Below are positions 1 to 9,967 of a DNA stretch of 64,000 nucleotides, piece after piece. The notes beneath the pieces were generated by a model that was not told the DNA's origin, did not search any database, and saw only the letters and a program-made list of their open reading frames with translations. The position numbers were made by a program, and so were the translations under genes. Positions within the stretch are counted from its first letter, which is position 1; every line of letters starts with the position of its first letter. The stretch is from an uncultured bacterium (lineage in GTDB: Bacteria; JAHJDO01), in assembly GCA_964437505.1 (NCBI GenBank), contig CAYTGU010000009.1, positions 5,231 through 69,230 of the forward strand, written 5' to 3'.

Positions 1-593
1 CTAAGACCGGTGTTGCTTTGAACTTGTGAGCTCCGTGAGAGGTTCCTATGGCAAGGGCCAGTGCATCAACCTTTGTCTGTCGAATAAATTTTATAGCGTC
101 TTCAGGATCTGTTAGAATAATTTTATTTGCAGCTATTTCGTCTTCAATTCCACCAAGAGTTCCAAGCTCGCCTTCTACTGTAACCCCAAATTGATGCGCA
201 TATTCAGCTGCTTTTTGTGTAATTTCAGCATTACCCTCATAACTTCGTGGTGTTTTCCCGTCTTCTTCCAAAGAACCGTCAATCATTACAGAAGTAAAAC
301 CTAAATCTATAACCTCTTTAACTAGTTCAAGACTGGGCCCATGATCCAGATGCAGAGAAACAGGAATATCCTTATATGTGTCTGCTACCACATTAACCAT
401 TGCAACCAACAACTTTTTATCCGTATATTTCAACGCTGTTTTTGAAACCTGAAGTATAACCGGAGACTTAGTTTCATCCGCAGCCCACATTATTGCCTGC
501 AGCTGCTCCATATTGTTGACATTATAAGCCCCTACTCCGTAATCCCCTTTTTCTGCTTCATCCAGAATCTGTCTCATTGGTACCAGTGACATC
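1..593 (-). CDS. fba: fructose-bisphosphate aldolase class II, N-terminal ~197 aa; C-terminus lies beyond the window start
   Basis: Reverse-strand translation from the ATG at 593 (AGGAG RBS upstream) reads MSLVPMRQILDEAEKGDYGVGAYNVNNMEQL...HLDHG...ALAIGTSHGAHKF, the class II FBA/tagatose-bisP aldolase signature. The ORF runs off the window edge and is absent from the ORF track because it has no stop. Confidence 0.75.
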
Positions 594-682
594 TTGCTTC
601 TCCTTTTAGTAGTTAACGATTATTAGTTTAAATTTGAGTCTGCATTATAATACACAAAAGAAGAAAATTAAACTGTAAAAAT

Positions 683-1693
683 TCACTGCTTCTTTCCAAT
701 TGGTATTAAAGAATGTCCATGATCTTGCGCAATCTTTCTGCCAATTTTCTTTACTCTGTTTTCCATATAGTATCTGCATGTTATAGGATCTTCGCCCGTG
801 TACTGTTTATCAGGATAAAGCCTATAGTTCTGTTTGTATCTCTGCGGCGTAATATTTGGCATTACAACATTAGCTCCTGACTGCAGTATTATTTCTCTGG
901 CATCAAAGCGCAATACATCCATAGCTGTAGTAGCAGGCAGAAGAACCTTCGGACAAAAGATTCTAACTAATGCAATGAATTTTTGAACGATAGAAAAATC
1001 TCCATTTTTACTACCAGAAAGAGGAGTGTCATTATTTGAAATATAAGGACCTACTCCTACCATATGAAAGTTCCATTTCTTAATAAACAGAATATCGTCT
1101 GCTATATCCTCTATTGTTTGTTCCGGTAGTCCTATCATAGAACCGCTGCCAACCTGATAACCAAGCTCAAACAGCCATTGGAGACATTTTAGCCTTTCAT
1201 GATAGTCATCATCAGGATGCAGCTTTTTGAACAGGTTTTCATTACTTGTTTCAAATCTAAGCAGATACCTGTCTGCGCCCGCATCTTTGAATGCCTTATA
1301 CTCATCAAAACTTCTCTCTCCGATACTTAGAGTTACAGCCAGGTCGGTATGCGTTTTGATATCTTCTATTAATTTAACTAATACCTTTTTTGTAAACCAG
1401 ATATCTTCGCCTGACTGAAGAACTATTGTTTTAAGACCATGCTTATCTATCAGAACAGCTGTTTGGAGAATTTCTTCAGGAGACATTCTGTAACGAAGAA
1501 TCTTTTTATTTGATTTGCGAAGACCGCAGTAAAAGCAATCTCTTCTGCAAAAGTTTGAAAATTCACATATACCTCTCAGATGAACTTCATCACCAACATT
1601 TTCTTTTCTTATATGATCAGCTTGAGCAACAATATCTGAAAAATCGTCTTTTTTTAGTATCTCAAAAATATATGTCTCTTTCTCCATTCTCAA
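683..1693 (-). CDS. hydE: [FeFe]-hydrogenase maturase HydE (radical SAM)
   Basis: CxxxCxxC radical-SAM motif (CRRDCFYCGLRK). Near-colinear similarity to Thermotoga HydE, including VGDEVHLRGICEFSN, TIVLQSGED, GADRYLLRFETSN, GSGSMIGLP and MVGVGPYI. Confidence 0.85.
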   Translation of the reverse strand: MRMEKETYIFEILKKDDFSDIVAQADHIRKENVGDEVHLRGICEFSNFCRRDCFYCGLRKSNKKILRYRMSPEEILQTAVLIDKHGLKTIVLQSGEDIWFTKKVLVKLIEDIKTHTDLAVTLSIGERSFDEYKAFKDAGADRYLLRFETSNENLFKKLHPDDDYHERLKCLQWLFELGYQVGSGSMIGLPEQTIEDIADDILFIKKWNFHMVGVGPYISNNDTPLSGSKNGDFSIVQKFIALVRIFCPKVLLPATTAMDVLRFDAREIILQSGANVVMPNITPQRYKQNYRLYPDKQYTGEDPITCRYYMENRVKKIGRKIAQDHGHSLIPIGKKQ

Positions 1694-3158
1694 CTCTTTT
1701 GTAATCTTTCATAAGTTTTGGGTAAAATTTAGGTATGAGTTTTTTAACTTCTTCAATCTCCTTGTTTATGATTTTTTCTCCCGAAATCTTTGTTTCTTTA
1801 CTGCCAAAATCATCCAGCCATTCTCTGAAAGTAAGAACAGCGTTTAATTTACAAAAACGTCCTTCTTTTCCCGTTCTCAGAAGATTCATAATACATTTGC
1901 CTGTTCTGCCGCAGCGATATCCTGCGGTGCAGAATGAAGTAATATATCCCATTTCGGCAAATTCTCTTATTACCTCATCAAGACTGCGTGTGTCTCCTAA
2001 CAAAAACTGCTGACGTTCCTTTTCCTGCTTGACATATTGGTCGCTGTAGGCACCAATTCCTATACGTGATGAGGCGTCAGTCTGCGTACATCCCAACGAA
2101 AAAGCCTCTCTTCGCATTTGAGCGTTTTCCCTTGCAGTAACAATCATTCCCGTATACGGCACTGATAAACGTATTACTGTTATCAGTTTTTTAAAATCAT
2201 CGTCACTTACTTTATACTTTGGATTCTGCGTAATCGGCGCATTTGACGCAAGATTAAGGCGCGGGAAAGAAATAGTGTGAGGACCTATCCCAAATTTTTT
2301 CTCTAATTCTATCGCATGATATAGAAGCCCCATAACCTCAAATTTCCAGTCATACAAACCAAATAAAACTCCTATTCCAACATCATCAATTCCAGCTTCC
2401 ATTGACCTGTGCATGCAGTATAGTCTCCACCTGTAATCTGATTTTATCGTGCCTTTTGGATGAACTTTCTGATAGGTTTTGTGATGATAGGTTTCCTGAA
2501 ATACCTGAAACGTTCCTATACCAACTTCCTTTAGTTTTTTCAAATTCTCTATTGATAATGGAGCAGCGTTCACATTAACTCTGCGTATACTTCCGTATCC
2601 GTTTTTCGTTTTAACATTAACATCGTATATCTGCTTTATACTAGAAGTCATATAATCTATATCTGTAACAGGGTGTTCGCCATAAACAACTATCAATCTC
2701 TTGTGCCCGATTTTACCTGCTAAGACCTTTATTTCCTTTTTTATCTCTTTCAATGTAAGCACTCTTCTTTTTTCTTCTTTATTCTCTTTTCTAAATCCGC
2801 AGTATAGACAGCTATTTACACACAAATTTGCCAGATAGAGAGGAGCAAAGGTTACAATCCTGTTATCATAGACTTTTTTCTTAATCTTAGCTGCTACGCT
2901 TGCCATTTCCTCCAGCATATTTTTATCAGTTACATTGAGTAATGCAGCTGTCTCATCGGGTTTTAGTGTTTCAATAGACATTGATTTTGCAAGAATGTCT
3001 CTTATCTCTTTTGAGTCTACACATTTATTATTTTCTAGTTTCTCTGTAATGACTTTATCATTTATAAAGTCATTGTCTTCATCCATATATTTTGCAATCT
3101 GATCTCTCTTAATTCTGCTTGCTATCCATGATTTTGTATCAGCTGTTTCTGCGCACAT
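1662..3158 (-). CDS. hydG: [FeFe]-hydrogenase maturase HydG (ThiH-like radical SAM)
   Basis: Radical-SAM CVNSCLYCGFRK motif after an N-terminal region typical of HydG/ThiH, plus a C-terminal Cys cluster (CTAGYRCGRTGKC). About 498 aa. Overlaps hydE by 32 nt and hydF by 20 nt. Confidence 0.85.
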   Translation of the reverse strand: MCAETADTKSWIASRIKRDQIAKYMDEDNDFINDKVITEKLENNKCVDSKEIRDILAKSMSIETLKPDETAALLNVTDKNMLEEMASVAAKIKKKVYDNRIVTFAPLYLANLCVNSCLYCGFRKENKEEKRRVLTLKEIKKEIKVLAGKIGHKRLIVVYGEHPVTDIDYMTSSIKQIYDVNVKTKNGYGSIRRVNVNAAPLSIENLKKLKEVGIGTFQVFQETYHHKTYQKVHPKGTIKSDYRWRLYCMHRSMEAGIDDVGIGVLFGLYDWKFEVMGLLYHAIELEKKFGIGPHTISFPRLNLASNAPITQNPKYKVSDDDFKKLITVIRLSVPYTGMIVTARENAQMRREAFSLGCTQTDASSRIGIGAYSDQYVKQEKERQQFLLGDTRSLDEVIREFAEMGYITSFCTAGYRCGRTGKCIMNLLRTGKEGRFCKLNAVLTFREWLDDFGSKETKISGEKIINKEIEEVKKLIPKFYPKLMKDYKRVENGERDIYF

Positions 3159-4416
3159 TTTTTAACTCCTTTAGTTTTTTTATTTCTTTTCTAAATACAT
3201 CCAAAGCTGCAGGAAACGGAGAAAGCACTCTTTCCAATACCCCATGCAGGAAAGAAATACACACGCCGTAATTGGTTATAGAAATACCTTTCCGTCTCGC
3301 TTTCTGGACTCTGGATAACATTTCTCTGCGATTGAGCATACATGCTCCGCAATGAATGATCAGCTTATAATCTTCCAAGTTTTCAGGATAATCATGCCCC
3401 GAATATACATCTATATTAATTTTCTCACCTACGTATTGTCTTAACCATCTCGGGATTTTTATTCTTCCAATATCGTCTTCAACAGGATGGTGTGTACATG
3501 CCTCACCAATGAGAACTCTATCCCCTGAAACCAGTTTATCTATTGCGCATACACCCTTTACTGCTTCTATTAAATCCCCTTTATATCTAGCAAAAAGGAT
3601 TGAAAACGTTGTACATCTAACGTTATTGGGAGTATCAGCCACCATTTTTGATACAACTTGAGAATCACATACTGAAATGTCAGGCGGTTTCTTTAGATTA
3701 TTTAATACACGAGGATACTCTCTCTCTTTAACGATCAATGCCGCAGAATCATTATCTAAAGCATCTCTTATTGTCTGAACTTGTGGAAGAATGATTCTTC
3801 CTTTAGGAGCTTCCAGATCAATAGGAACAATCAATACAGCTAGCCCCCCTGAAGGAATAAGATCCCCTATAATAGGGGGAGGATTTAGAAAATCATTAGG
3901 GCAGATTTCAATAAGATATTTCTTTAGCTCGTTCACACAGATATTTCTATTGCCAAAATCTATGCTGGAGCAAAAAACAATCCTTTCTGTTTTATCTTTT
4001 ATCTTTTCTATAAATTCTACAGAAGGCGACTTTAGGTCAATCTTATTTGCAATAATAATAAAAGGAGTGTTTCTTTTTTTTGCTTCCAGCAAAACAGTAT
4101 CTTCGTATTTTCCCCATATGTCTGCTTCAATAAGCAGTAAAATAATATCTGCTCTGTCAAATATATTCTTTGTTTTTTTGATTCTTAACTCTGCAATTGA
4201 CGATGTATCATCTATTCCCGCCGTATCCAGAAACACAACCGGGCCAAGCGGCAAAAGCTCCATAACTTTTTCAACCACATCCGTAGTTGTTCCCGGGATA
4301 GGAGATGTTATTGCTACATCCTGATTAGCAATTAGATTCAAAAAGCTGGATTTGCCGACATTGGTTCTTCCAAATAATCCGATATGAAGCCGTAACGATT
4401 TAGGTGTTGTTTTCAT
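3139..4416 (-). CDS. hydF: [FeFe]-hydrogenase maturation GTPase HydF
   Basis: G1 motif GLFGRTNVGKSS, G3 DTAG and G4 NKID, with a C-terminal Cys-containing domain; sits in the hydEGF cluster. Confidence 0.85.
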   Translation of the reverse strand: MKTTPKSLRLHIGLFGRTNVGKSSFLNLIANQDVAITSPIPGTTTDVVEKVMELLPLGPVVFLDTAGIDDTSSIAELRIKKTKNIFDRADIILLLIEADIWGKYEDTVLLEAKKRNTPFIIIANKIDLKSPSVEFIEKIKDKTERIVFCSSIDFGNRNICVNELKKYLIEICPNDFLNPPPIIGDLIPSGGLAVLIVPIDLEAPKGRIILPQVQTIRDALDNDSAALIVKEREYPRVLNNLKKPPDISVCDSQVVSKMVADTPNNVRCTTFSILFARYKGDLIEAVKGVCAIDKLVSGDRVLIGEACTHHPVEDDIGRIKIPRWLRQYVGEKINIDVYSGHDYPENLEDYKLIIHCGACMLNRREMLSRVQKARRKGISITNYGVCISFLHGVLERVLSPFPAALDVFRKEIKKLKELKNVRRNS

Positions 4417-4670
4417 CTACTCCTCTCTTTTTCAAGTGCCGATTTTACTGACACACCCTCAATAGCACCTAGTTTTCCTGTTAAAGATCCAAGCTCATCT
4501 GTGGTGGCATCAACTATAAGTGTAATGACACAACATGATTTTTCTTTATAAGGAACACCAAGTCGTGCTGCAATAATATCTCCGTATTCCGAAAGCAAAC
4601 TGTTGATTTTTAAAGAAGTTTTTTTTCTATCCTCAATTATGATTCCAACAAAACCCAGTCTTTTACCCAT
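4413..4670 (-). CDS. small ACT-like protein, TM1266 family putative iron-only hydrogenase system regulator
   Basis: 85 aa protein located immediately upstream of hydF (4-nt overlap) with a strong GGGAGGGG RBS. Its size and position match the TM1266-family gene that accompanies hydEFG in Thermotogae and Firmicutes. Assignment is by context and weak sequence recollection. Confidence 0.45.
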   Translation of the reverse strand: MGKRLGFVGIIIEDRKKTSLKINSLLSEYGDIIAARLGVPYKEKSCCVITLIVDATTDELGSLTGKLGAIEGVSVKSALEKERSR

Positions 4671-4682
4671 TATCCCCTCCCT

Positions 4683-4723
4683 TAAATAAAAACTCCCGAC
4701 CTCTATCCTGCAAGAGACCGGGA
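4683..4723 (-). terminator. rho-independent terminator after the dfx-rbr transcript
   Basis: On the minus-strand transcript, an 11-bp stem (UCCCGGUCUCU / AGAGGUCGGGA, two G-U pairs) with an 8-nt loop is followed by GUUUUUAUUU. Confidence 0.5.
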
Positions 4724-4794
4724 AAAATCATCAGCCCCTTGGTTTCAGGAAGAAAACCCTCCCCGCAGGAAACAAGTTTTAATTATATTTACAT

Positions 4795-5178
4795 CTAACT
4801 TACCCACACTCCATGGATGTTACAGAATATTCTTGCCTTTAATCCTTCAGCATGTAAATGACAGAATTCAGCAACCGGTTCATCATCAAAATTCAACCTT
4901 TTTCCAGCAACAACCTCATCACCTTTTATAAGCTGGATAAGTTCTATGTAATGCTTCTCTTCCATTGGATGAGGAACAGAGCCAACTCTTACACGAATCC
5001 CCTTTTCAAAGTATTCTACTATGGGAACATGTTTCTCTTTGCCTTCCTGCTCAGCGGTTTTTTCTTCAAGGAGATTCATCGGCTGTCCACAACACACAAG
5101 CTCTCCAGCATGCGCTTCCAGAACAGATACAACGTTCCCGCAAATGTCGCATTTATAGATCGCATTTTGTTTTGCCAT
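4795..5178 (-). CDS. dfx: desulfoferrodoxin (2Fe superoxide reductase)
   Basis: N-terminal desulforedoxin Cys motif (KCDICGN...CCG) plus C-terminal neelaredoxin-type His/Cys residues (HVP, H, C, H); 127 aa. Confidence 0.8.
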   Translation of the reverse strand: MAKQNAIYKCDICGNVVSVLEAHAGELVCCGQPMNLLEEKTAEQEGKEKHVPIVEYFEKGIRVRVGSVPHPMEEKHYIELIQLIKGDEVVAGKRLNFDDEPVAEFCHLHAEGLKARIFCNIHGVWVS

Positions 5179-5206
5179 TTTTTAGCCCTCCTGTTTTTTG
5201 TTTTTA

Positions 5207-5746
5207 TTAATAATTCTTATTCAATAGTTCAAAGTATGCCTTTGGATGTTTACATACAGGACATTCCTCAGGCGCTGTAGTCCCTTCATGAATATGTCCG
5301 CAGTTTCTGCATTTCCAATATTCTTTACCATCTTTTTTGAAGACTTTCCCATCCTCAATATTCTTTAATAGTTTTTTATAACGTTCTTCATGTTTCTTTT
5401 CTACCTCCAAAATACCTTTAAACATCTCGGCTATTCTGTCAAATCCTTCTTCTTTTGCTTCTTTTGCCATTCTGGAATACATACTTGTCCATTCATAATT
5501 CTCTCCGGCAGCAGCAGCTTTTAAATTCTCAATAGTATTTCCTATGCCATCCAATTCTTTGAAGTGCAGTTCCGCATGTTCTTTTTCATTGCCAGCAGTT
5601 TCAAGAAATATCGCAGCTATCTGCTCATACCCTTCTTTTTTTGCCTTTGACGCAAAATAGGTATATTTATTTCTTGCCTGTGATTCTCCTGCAAATGCCT
5701 CTAATAGATTTTTTTCAGTTTTTGTTCCTTTTATCGACTTACTCAT
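5207..5746 (-). CDS. rbr: rubrerythrin
   Basis: Ferritin-like diiron domain with ExxH motifs and a C-terminal rubredoxin-like CxxC...CxxC ([10 protein letters not shown]...CPVCKHPK). Confidence 0.85.
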   Translation of the reverse strand: MSKSIKGTKTEKNLLEAFAGESQARNKYTYFASKAKKEGYEQIAAIFLETAGNEKEHAELHFKELDGIGNTIENLKAAAAGENYEWTSMYSRMAKEAKEEGFDRIAEMFKGILEVEKKHEERYKKLLKNIEDGKVFKKDGKEYWKCRNCGHIHEGTTAPEECPVCKHPKAYFELLNKNY

Positions 5747-5820
5747 AACTAACCTCCCCTTTTATTAGATAATATTCTATGCCTGTTATAATTACTTAGC
5801 AACTGTTTTTTAAACTTTCT

Positions 5821-6450
5821 TTATTTGAATATGTATCCTGTTTGTTTTGCCCAAAATAAAAGATCAAGTTCATCTATTGGAATATGTATCTCTTTAGAAA
5901 ACATTCTCATCTTATTTTCAATATCGATATAGGCTTTCCTGCTTATAGTCTTTGGAAGTTCTTTTATGACTTTGTATTCTACAAGATTACGCAGTATATG
6001 CACATCCAGTATAGCTAAATCCTTACCAAGCCCTATATTCCTTAAGAAATGACTGGCCTCCTTATGTCCGATACCCTTTATGTTCTTAACAAACCATTCC
6101 CTTGTACTGAAAATATCTTTTTTATCTATTCCGGACTTTATGTCGATTCCTTTGCTGTTAGTAAGAATGTTTCGCGCATTGACTAGGTATATTGCTTTAT
6201 TATTGTGAAACCTAACGCCGCTTATATTGCGGCTTATTTTTTGAGCATCTGCATGAAAAAGAAGTCCTTTGCTTTTAAGATTCTTAACTGCTGCATCGCA
6301 TGAAAGGGCTTTTGACTGAGGAGTGAATATGCAAAACGCAAGTTCAGCAAATATATCGCTATCAGTCATATGATATATTTTAGCAAACTCTTTTAAGCGT
6401 TTTTTTATTGCAGATTTGCGCTTTTGGTATTCAAAGAATAAATTTTCCAC
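5821..6450 (-). CDS. ogg: N-glycosylase/DNA lyase (archaeal-type 8-oxoguanine DNA glycosylase, Ogg2 family, HhH-GPD)
   Basis: HhH motif GIGHKEASHFLRNIG, characteristic of Ogg2; about 209 aa. Confidence 0.7.
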   Translation of the reverse strand: MENLFFEYQKRKSAIKKRLKEFAKIYHMTDSDIFAELAFCIFTPQSKALSCDAAVKNLKSKGLLFHADAQKISRNISGVRFHNNKAIYLVNARNILTNSKGIDIKSGIDKKDIFSTREWFVKNIKGIGHKEASHFLRNIGLGKDLAILDVHILRNLVEYKVIKELPKTISRKAYIDIENKMRMFSKEIHIPIDELDLLFWAKQTGYIFK

Positions 6451-6452
6451 TT

Positions 6453-7196
6453 TTATTTAAGTTCTACTGATGCATTTTTATCAAGCGGGTTTGTTCTCAT
6501 TGCAAGAGAAAAAAGATAAGGATAATTATTTTTAAGATGTTCCATATAAGCTAACCATTCTAATATAAGAGAACGATACGCTCTTTCAATATCTCCGGCT
6601 AAATGCTGGTAATCGATCTGTGATAGAGATTTTAAATCTTTTCTGTGAACTAACTCCTCGGTTAAATGGAATATTGCCAAAAGAAGATTTGTAAAAGATT
6701 CATTTTCTAGCAAACTGGGATTCTCGATAAGATTCAATAAAAACTGTCTTCTTTTCACTAAAAATGTCTTTAAATCTTCCATGCTTGCTCTTTTTATATC
6801 TACGCTGTAATCATGAGCTTTAAGATCTTTTGAAGTTTTAGCAAAATCTTTCTTAGACCAATCGTTTGTAACCACTATTTTATCAGTAATCTTAGAAGCG
6901 TCCGTATCGAAAGAAGTCATGAAGCCTAGTAATTCTGTGCCGACCTCGTTAAAAAAAGCTCCGATTACCATATTCAATTTTTTTAACAATGCTTTTTTCT
7001 CTCTGTAGTGCAGTAACTGGTGTAAAATCATGGTAACCAATAAAACCTCAAAAAATACAAAAGCAATATCTCCAATGAGATATATAAAAATATGATGAGC
7101 ATCTCGAAAAATAAAGTAATGGATAAAATAGATAGAAACAGACAGAGATATCAATAATAGCCCTAAATAAACTTGCCAATTAAAAATACGCTTCAT
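6453..7196 (-). CDS. hypothetical membrane protein (2 N-terminal TM helices plus ~180-aa cytoplasmic domain)
   Basis: ORF with hydrophobic N-terminus and no family signature I recognise; 1-nt overlap with the upstream flavin-reductase gene suggests co-translation. Confidence 0.5.
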   Translation of the reverse strand: MKRIFNWQVYLGLLLISLSVSIYFIHYFIFRDAHHIFIYLIGDIAFVFFEVLLVTMILHQLLHYREKKALLKKLNMVIGAFFNEVGTELLGFMTSFDTDASKITDKIVVTNDWSKKDFAKTSKDLKAHDYSVDIKRASMEDLKTFLVKRRQFLLNLIENPSLLENESFTNLLLAIFHLTEELVHRKDLKSLSQIDYQHLAGDIERAYRSLILEWLAYMEHLKNNYPYLFSLAMRTNPLDKNASVELK

Positions 7197-7702
7197 TATT
7201 CCTTTATATAGGTAGGCGCATTTTTGGGCGACCTACCTCCTTTAATCTTATGATAATAGGCATAAGTCATTGGTTCTCCATCTTTTATTACTTCAGCTTC
7301 TGCGACTTTGCCAATAAAAACAGTGTGCGTCCCTACATTAATACTGTTGGCCACCTCACACTCTAAATAACCTAGGCAGTTTTGAATAACTACAGGTGCT
7401 CCTGTTACTCCCAGCTTATAATCTATACCTTTAAATTTCTCTACTTCTTTGCCTGATTTAAAACCGAAGCGACCGATAAGTTCCATAGGCACATCGCGTT
7501 CTAAAATAGATATAGTAAAAACATTGCTTTTCTGAATGAACTGATGAGTTAAATTCTCTATGTTAATACATACGCTAATCTGAGGAGGCTCTGCAGTTAC
7601 CTGAAAAACAGTATTGGCGATCTGTCCGTTAAATGTGCCTTCTTTTTTAGAGCTCACTATATACATTCCGTAACTTAATTTAAATAACGTATTAACGTTC
7701 AT
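7196..7702 (-). CDS. flavin reductase-like (FMN-binding split-barrel) protein
   Basis: About 168 aa; pattern typical of flavin reductase-like domain or flavoredoxin proteins (GMYIVSS...NGQIANTV...HTVFIGKV). Confidence 0.6.
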   Translation of the reverse strand: MNVNTLFKLSYGMYIVSSKKEGTFNGQIANTVFQVTAEPPQISVCINIENLTHQFIQKSNVFTISILERDVPMELIGRFGFKSGKEVEKFKGIDYKLGVTGAPVVIQNCLGYLECEVANSINVGTHTVFIGKVAEAEVIKDGEPMTYAYYHKIKGGRSPKNAPTYIKE

Positions 7703-7732
7703 TTTTTGCCCTCCAGTTATATGCTTTTTTAT

Positions 7733-8782
7733 TTAAAAACAACGCTTTCTCAATTTCTTATTGCATTCATCCTTCCCACAGTGATAACAAATTTCGTTTT
7801 GCAAATACCCATCATTATAAAATTCAGTAATATTATCCAAAGTTGTTTCTGCAATATTAATCAATGCCTCTCTTGTGAAAAACCCCTGATGTGAGGTAAT
7901 GAGAACATTTGGGAAAGTCATAAGTCTCGCTAATACATCATCACTGATCACAGTAGATGAATAGTCTTCAAAGAAATATTCACTCTCTTCTTCATAAACA
8001 TCGAGCCCTGCCGCTCCGATCTTTCCACTTTTAAGACCATCAATTAATGCTTGTGTTTTAATCAATTTTCCTCTTCCTGTATTTATTATCATTACACCTG
8101 TTTTCATTTGACCTATGCTTTTTTCATTTATCATGTAATTTGTTTCAGGAGTTAACGGACAATGAAGCGATATAATATCTGAAGACCCATACAGTTCAGA
8201 AAGCGTAACATAGCTAATTTCGGAAGCTTTTGCATAAGCTTCATCAGGGGCTGTATCGTAAGCGCATACATTCATGCCAAATCCCTTTAAAATTGGAACA
8301 AGGCATCTTCCTATCTTTCCTGTCCCGATTATACCCGCTGTCTTACCGTGCATATCAAATCCTAACAAACCGTTAATAGCGAAGTTTCCATCGCGGGTAC
8401 GATAATATGCTTTATGTGTTTTTCTATTTAACCCCATCATAAGCGCTGTTGCATGTTCAGCAACAGCGTATGGTGAATATGCAGGTACTCGTACAACATG
8501 GATATTCTTATATGCGGCATTCAAATCAACGTTATTGTATCCTGCGCATCGCATAGCAATAAGTTTTATGCCGTTTTGCTTTAAAGTACCGATTACCTTC
8601 TTATCCAAAATATCATTAACAAAAGCGCACACTACCTCATATCCCTGAGTCAGCTTAGCAGAATCATGATTTAAATGGCCTTTAAAATACTTGATTGAGA
8701 AACCGTACTTATCGTTTACCTTATCAAAAAATTCCTGGTCATACGGCTTTGTATCAAAAAATACTATTTTAATATTTTTCAT
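7733..8782 (-). CDS. ldhA: D-isomer-specific 2-hydroxyacid dehydrogenase (D-lactate dehydrogenase-like) with a short Cys-rich C-terminal tail
   Basis: Colinear with E. coli LdhA (CAGFNNVDL, VPAYSPYAVAEH, GIIGTGKIG, LDVYEEE); extra C-terminal ICYHCGKDECNKKLRKRCF. Confidence 0.8.
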   Translation of the reverse strand: MKNIKIVFFDTKPYDQEFFDKVNDKYGFSIKYFKGHLNHDSAKLTQGYEVVCAFVNDILDKKVIGTLKQNGIKLIAMRCAGYNNVDLNAAYKNIHVVRVPAYSPYAVAEHATALMMGLNRKTHKAYYRTRDGNFAINGLLGFDMHGKTAGIIGTGKIGRCLVPILKGFGMNVCAYDTAPDEAYAKASEISYVTLSELYGSSDIISLHCPLTPETNYMINEKSIGQMKTGVMIINTGRGKLIKTQALIDGLKSGKIGAAGLDVYEEESEYFFEDYSSTVISDDVLARLMTFPNVLITSHQGFFTREALINIAETTLDNITEFYNDGYLQNEICYHCGKDECNKKLRKRCF

Positions 8783-9822
8783 TTTTTAACTCCGCTAAAA
8801 AGTCTGCTGTAAAAAATGCACAATAATAAAACAACGCTTGCTGATACTTCAATCCATGGAGGTATCATCCTGCCATGCTGCATCATGTGTGCTGTTACGT
8901 CAACATTGAAGAATTGCCATGCATAGTTCAAAAATACTCCTAACCCTATACTGCATATTGTTATAGATCCAAGGAAAATAATAACAGCTTTTATTCCCAG
9001 TTCTTTCGTAATAACAGTTAATGCGGCTGAATTTGTTGCAGGACCAACCATAAGAAAGACAAATGCTGCCCCTGGGTTCAGCCCTTTTAATATAAGTGCT
9101 GCAGCTATTGGAATTGATCCCGAAGAACAAACATACATAGGTATTCCCACAATAAGCATTATTAACATAGATTGCCACGTAGAACCCATGTATTTTGTGA
9201 AAAAAGTTTCAGGTATAAAGTATGATATGGCACCGCCTGCCAGAATCCCTATAAGAATCCATGCCCCGGTGTCTCTTAACAAATCAATAAATGCATATTT
9301 AAAGACTCCCTTGACCTTGTCATAAAAATTATGGCTTTCCGTAGAATGCTTACAGCTACTGCATGCTTTGCAGGCGCTTTCGTTCTCCACATAAGAAGAA
9401 GGTTGTTCTCCACGAAAGAATATATTTGCAACAATTCCTGCGCATACACCTGTTACAAAAGCGGCAATAACGCGGTAAAACGCAAAAACTCCACCCAATA
9501 ATGAATATGTAGCAAAAATTGAATCAACGCCTGTTGTTGGAGTTGAGATTAGAAACGACAGTATAGAGCCTTTGCTCGCTCCATCTTTTTTCAATGATAA
9601 CGCAGCAGGAACCACTCCGCATGAACATAATGGTAGAGGTATGCCAAACAAAGATGCCTTTATTACTGACATTATATTATTTTTGCCTAAGCTTTTTGAG
9701 ATCATTCCTTCTTTTAAGAAGATATGAATAATCCCCGCAAAAAGAAATCCGAATAACAAATAAACGGACATCTTGTTCAGCAAAAAATATGCCTCTTTTA
9801 AAATCCCTAAAATCACATTCAT
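8779..9822 (-). CDS. permease, DUF318/ArsP-like family (putative metal or metalloid transporter)
   Basis: Multi-TM protein with the CSCGVVP motif and a Cys-rich loop (ESACKACSSCKHSTESH). I shifted the start to the ATG at 9822 because the track start (TTG at 9861) lies inside the upstream terminator. Confidence 0.6.
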   Translation of the reverse strand: MNVILGILKEAYFLLNKMSVYLLFGFLFAGIIHIFLKEGMISKSLGKNNIMSVIKASLFGIPLPLCSCGVVPAALSLKKDGASKGSILSFLISTPTTGVDSIFATYSLLGGVFAFYRVIAAFVTGVCAGIVANIFFRGEQPSSYVENESACKACSSCKHSTESHNFYDKVKGVFKYAFIDLLRDTGAWILIGILAGGAISYFIPETFFTKYMGSTWQSMLIMLIVGIPMYVCSSGSIPIAAALILKGLNPGAAFVFLMVGPATNSAALTVITKELGIKAVIIFLGSITICSIGLGVFLNYAWQFFNVDVTAHMMQHGRMIPPWIEVSASVVLLLCIFYSRLFSGVKK

Positions 9823-9854
9823 ACTATAAATGATACCAATATGGTGTCTTTTGT

Positions 9855-9888
9855 AAAGCAAAAAGGGCGAATGTAGGATTCGCCCTTA
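9855..9888 (-). terminator. rho-independent terminator downstream of the CBS-domain gene
   Basis: Perfect 10-bp GC-rich stem (AAGGGCGAAT / ATTCGCCCTT) with a 5-nt loop, followed on the minus-strand transcript by UUUUUGCUUU; a second 8-bp hairpin lies just upstream (9893-9925). Confidence 0.5.
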
Positions 9889-9967
9889 CAACACTGGATT
9901 CCCTGATTAAATCGGAGAATCCAGACGTTTAAAGATTTGATTGGGTCTTATGTCTATTTTCCTAATT

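Noticed and set aside
3791-4324. 177-aa plus-strand ORF inside hydF, and similar antisense ORFs (for example 4858-5280, 14880-15269, 26584-27138, 43330-44013, 52836-53132)
   Set aside because: They lie wholly antisense to well-supported genes, have low-complexity Ser/Ile/Phe-rich translations typical of shadow ORFs in AT-rich DNA, and have no RBS or family signature.
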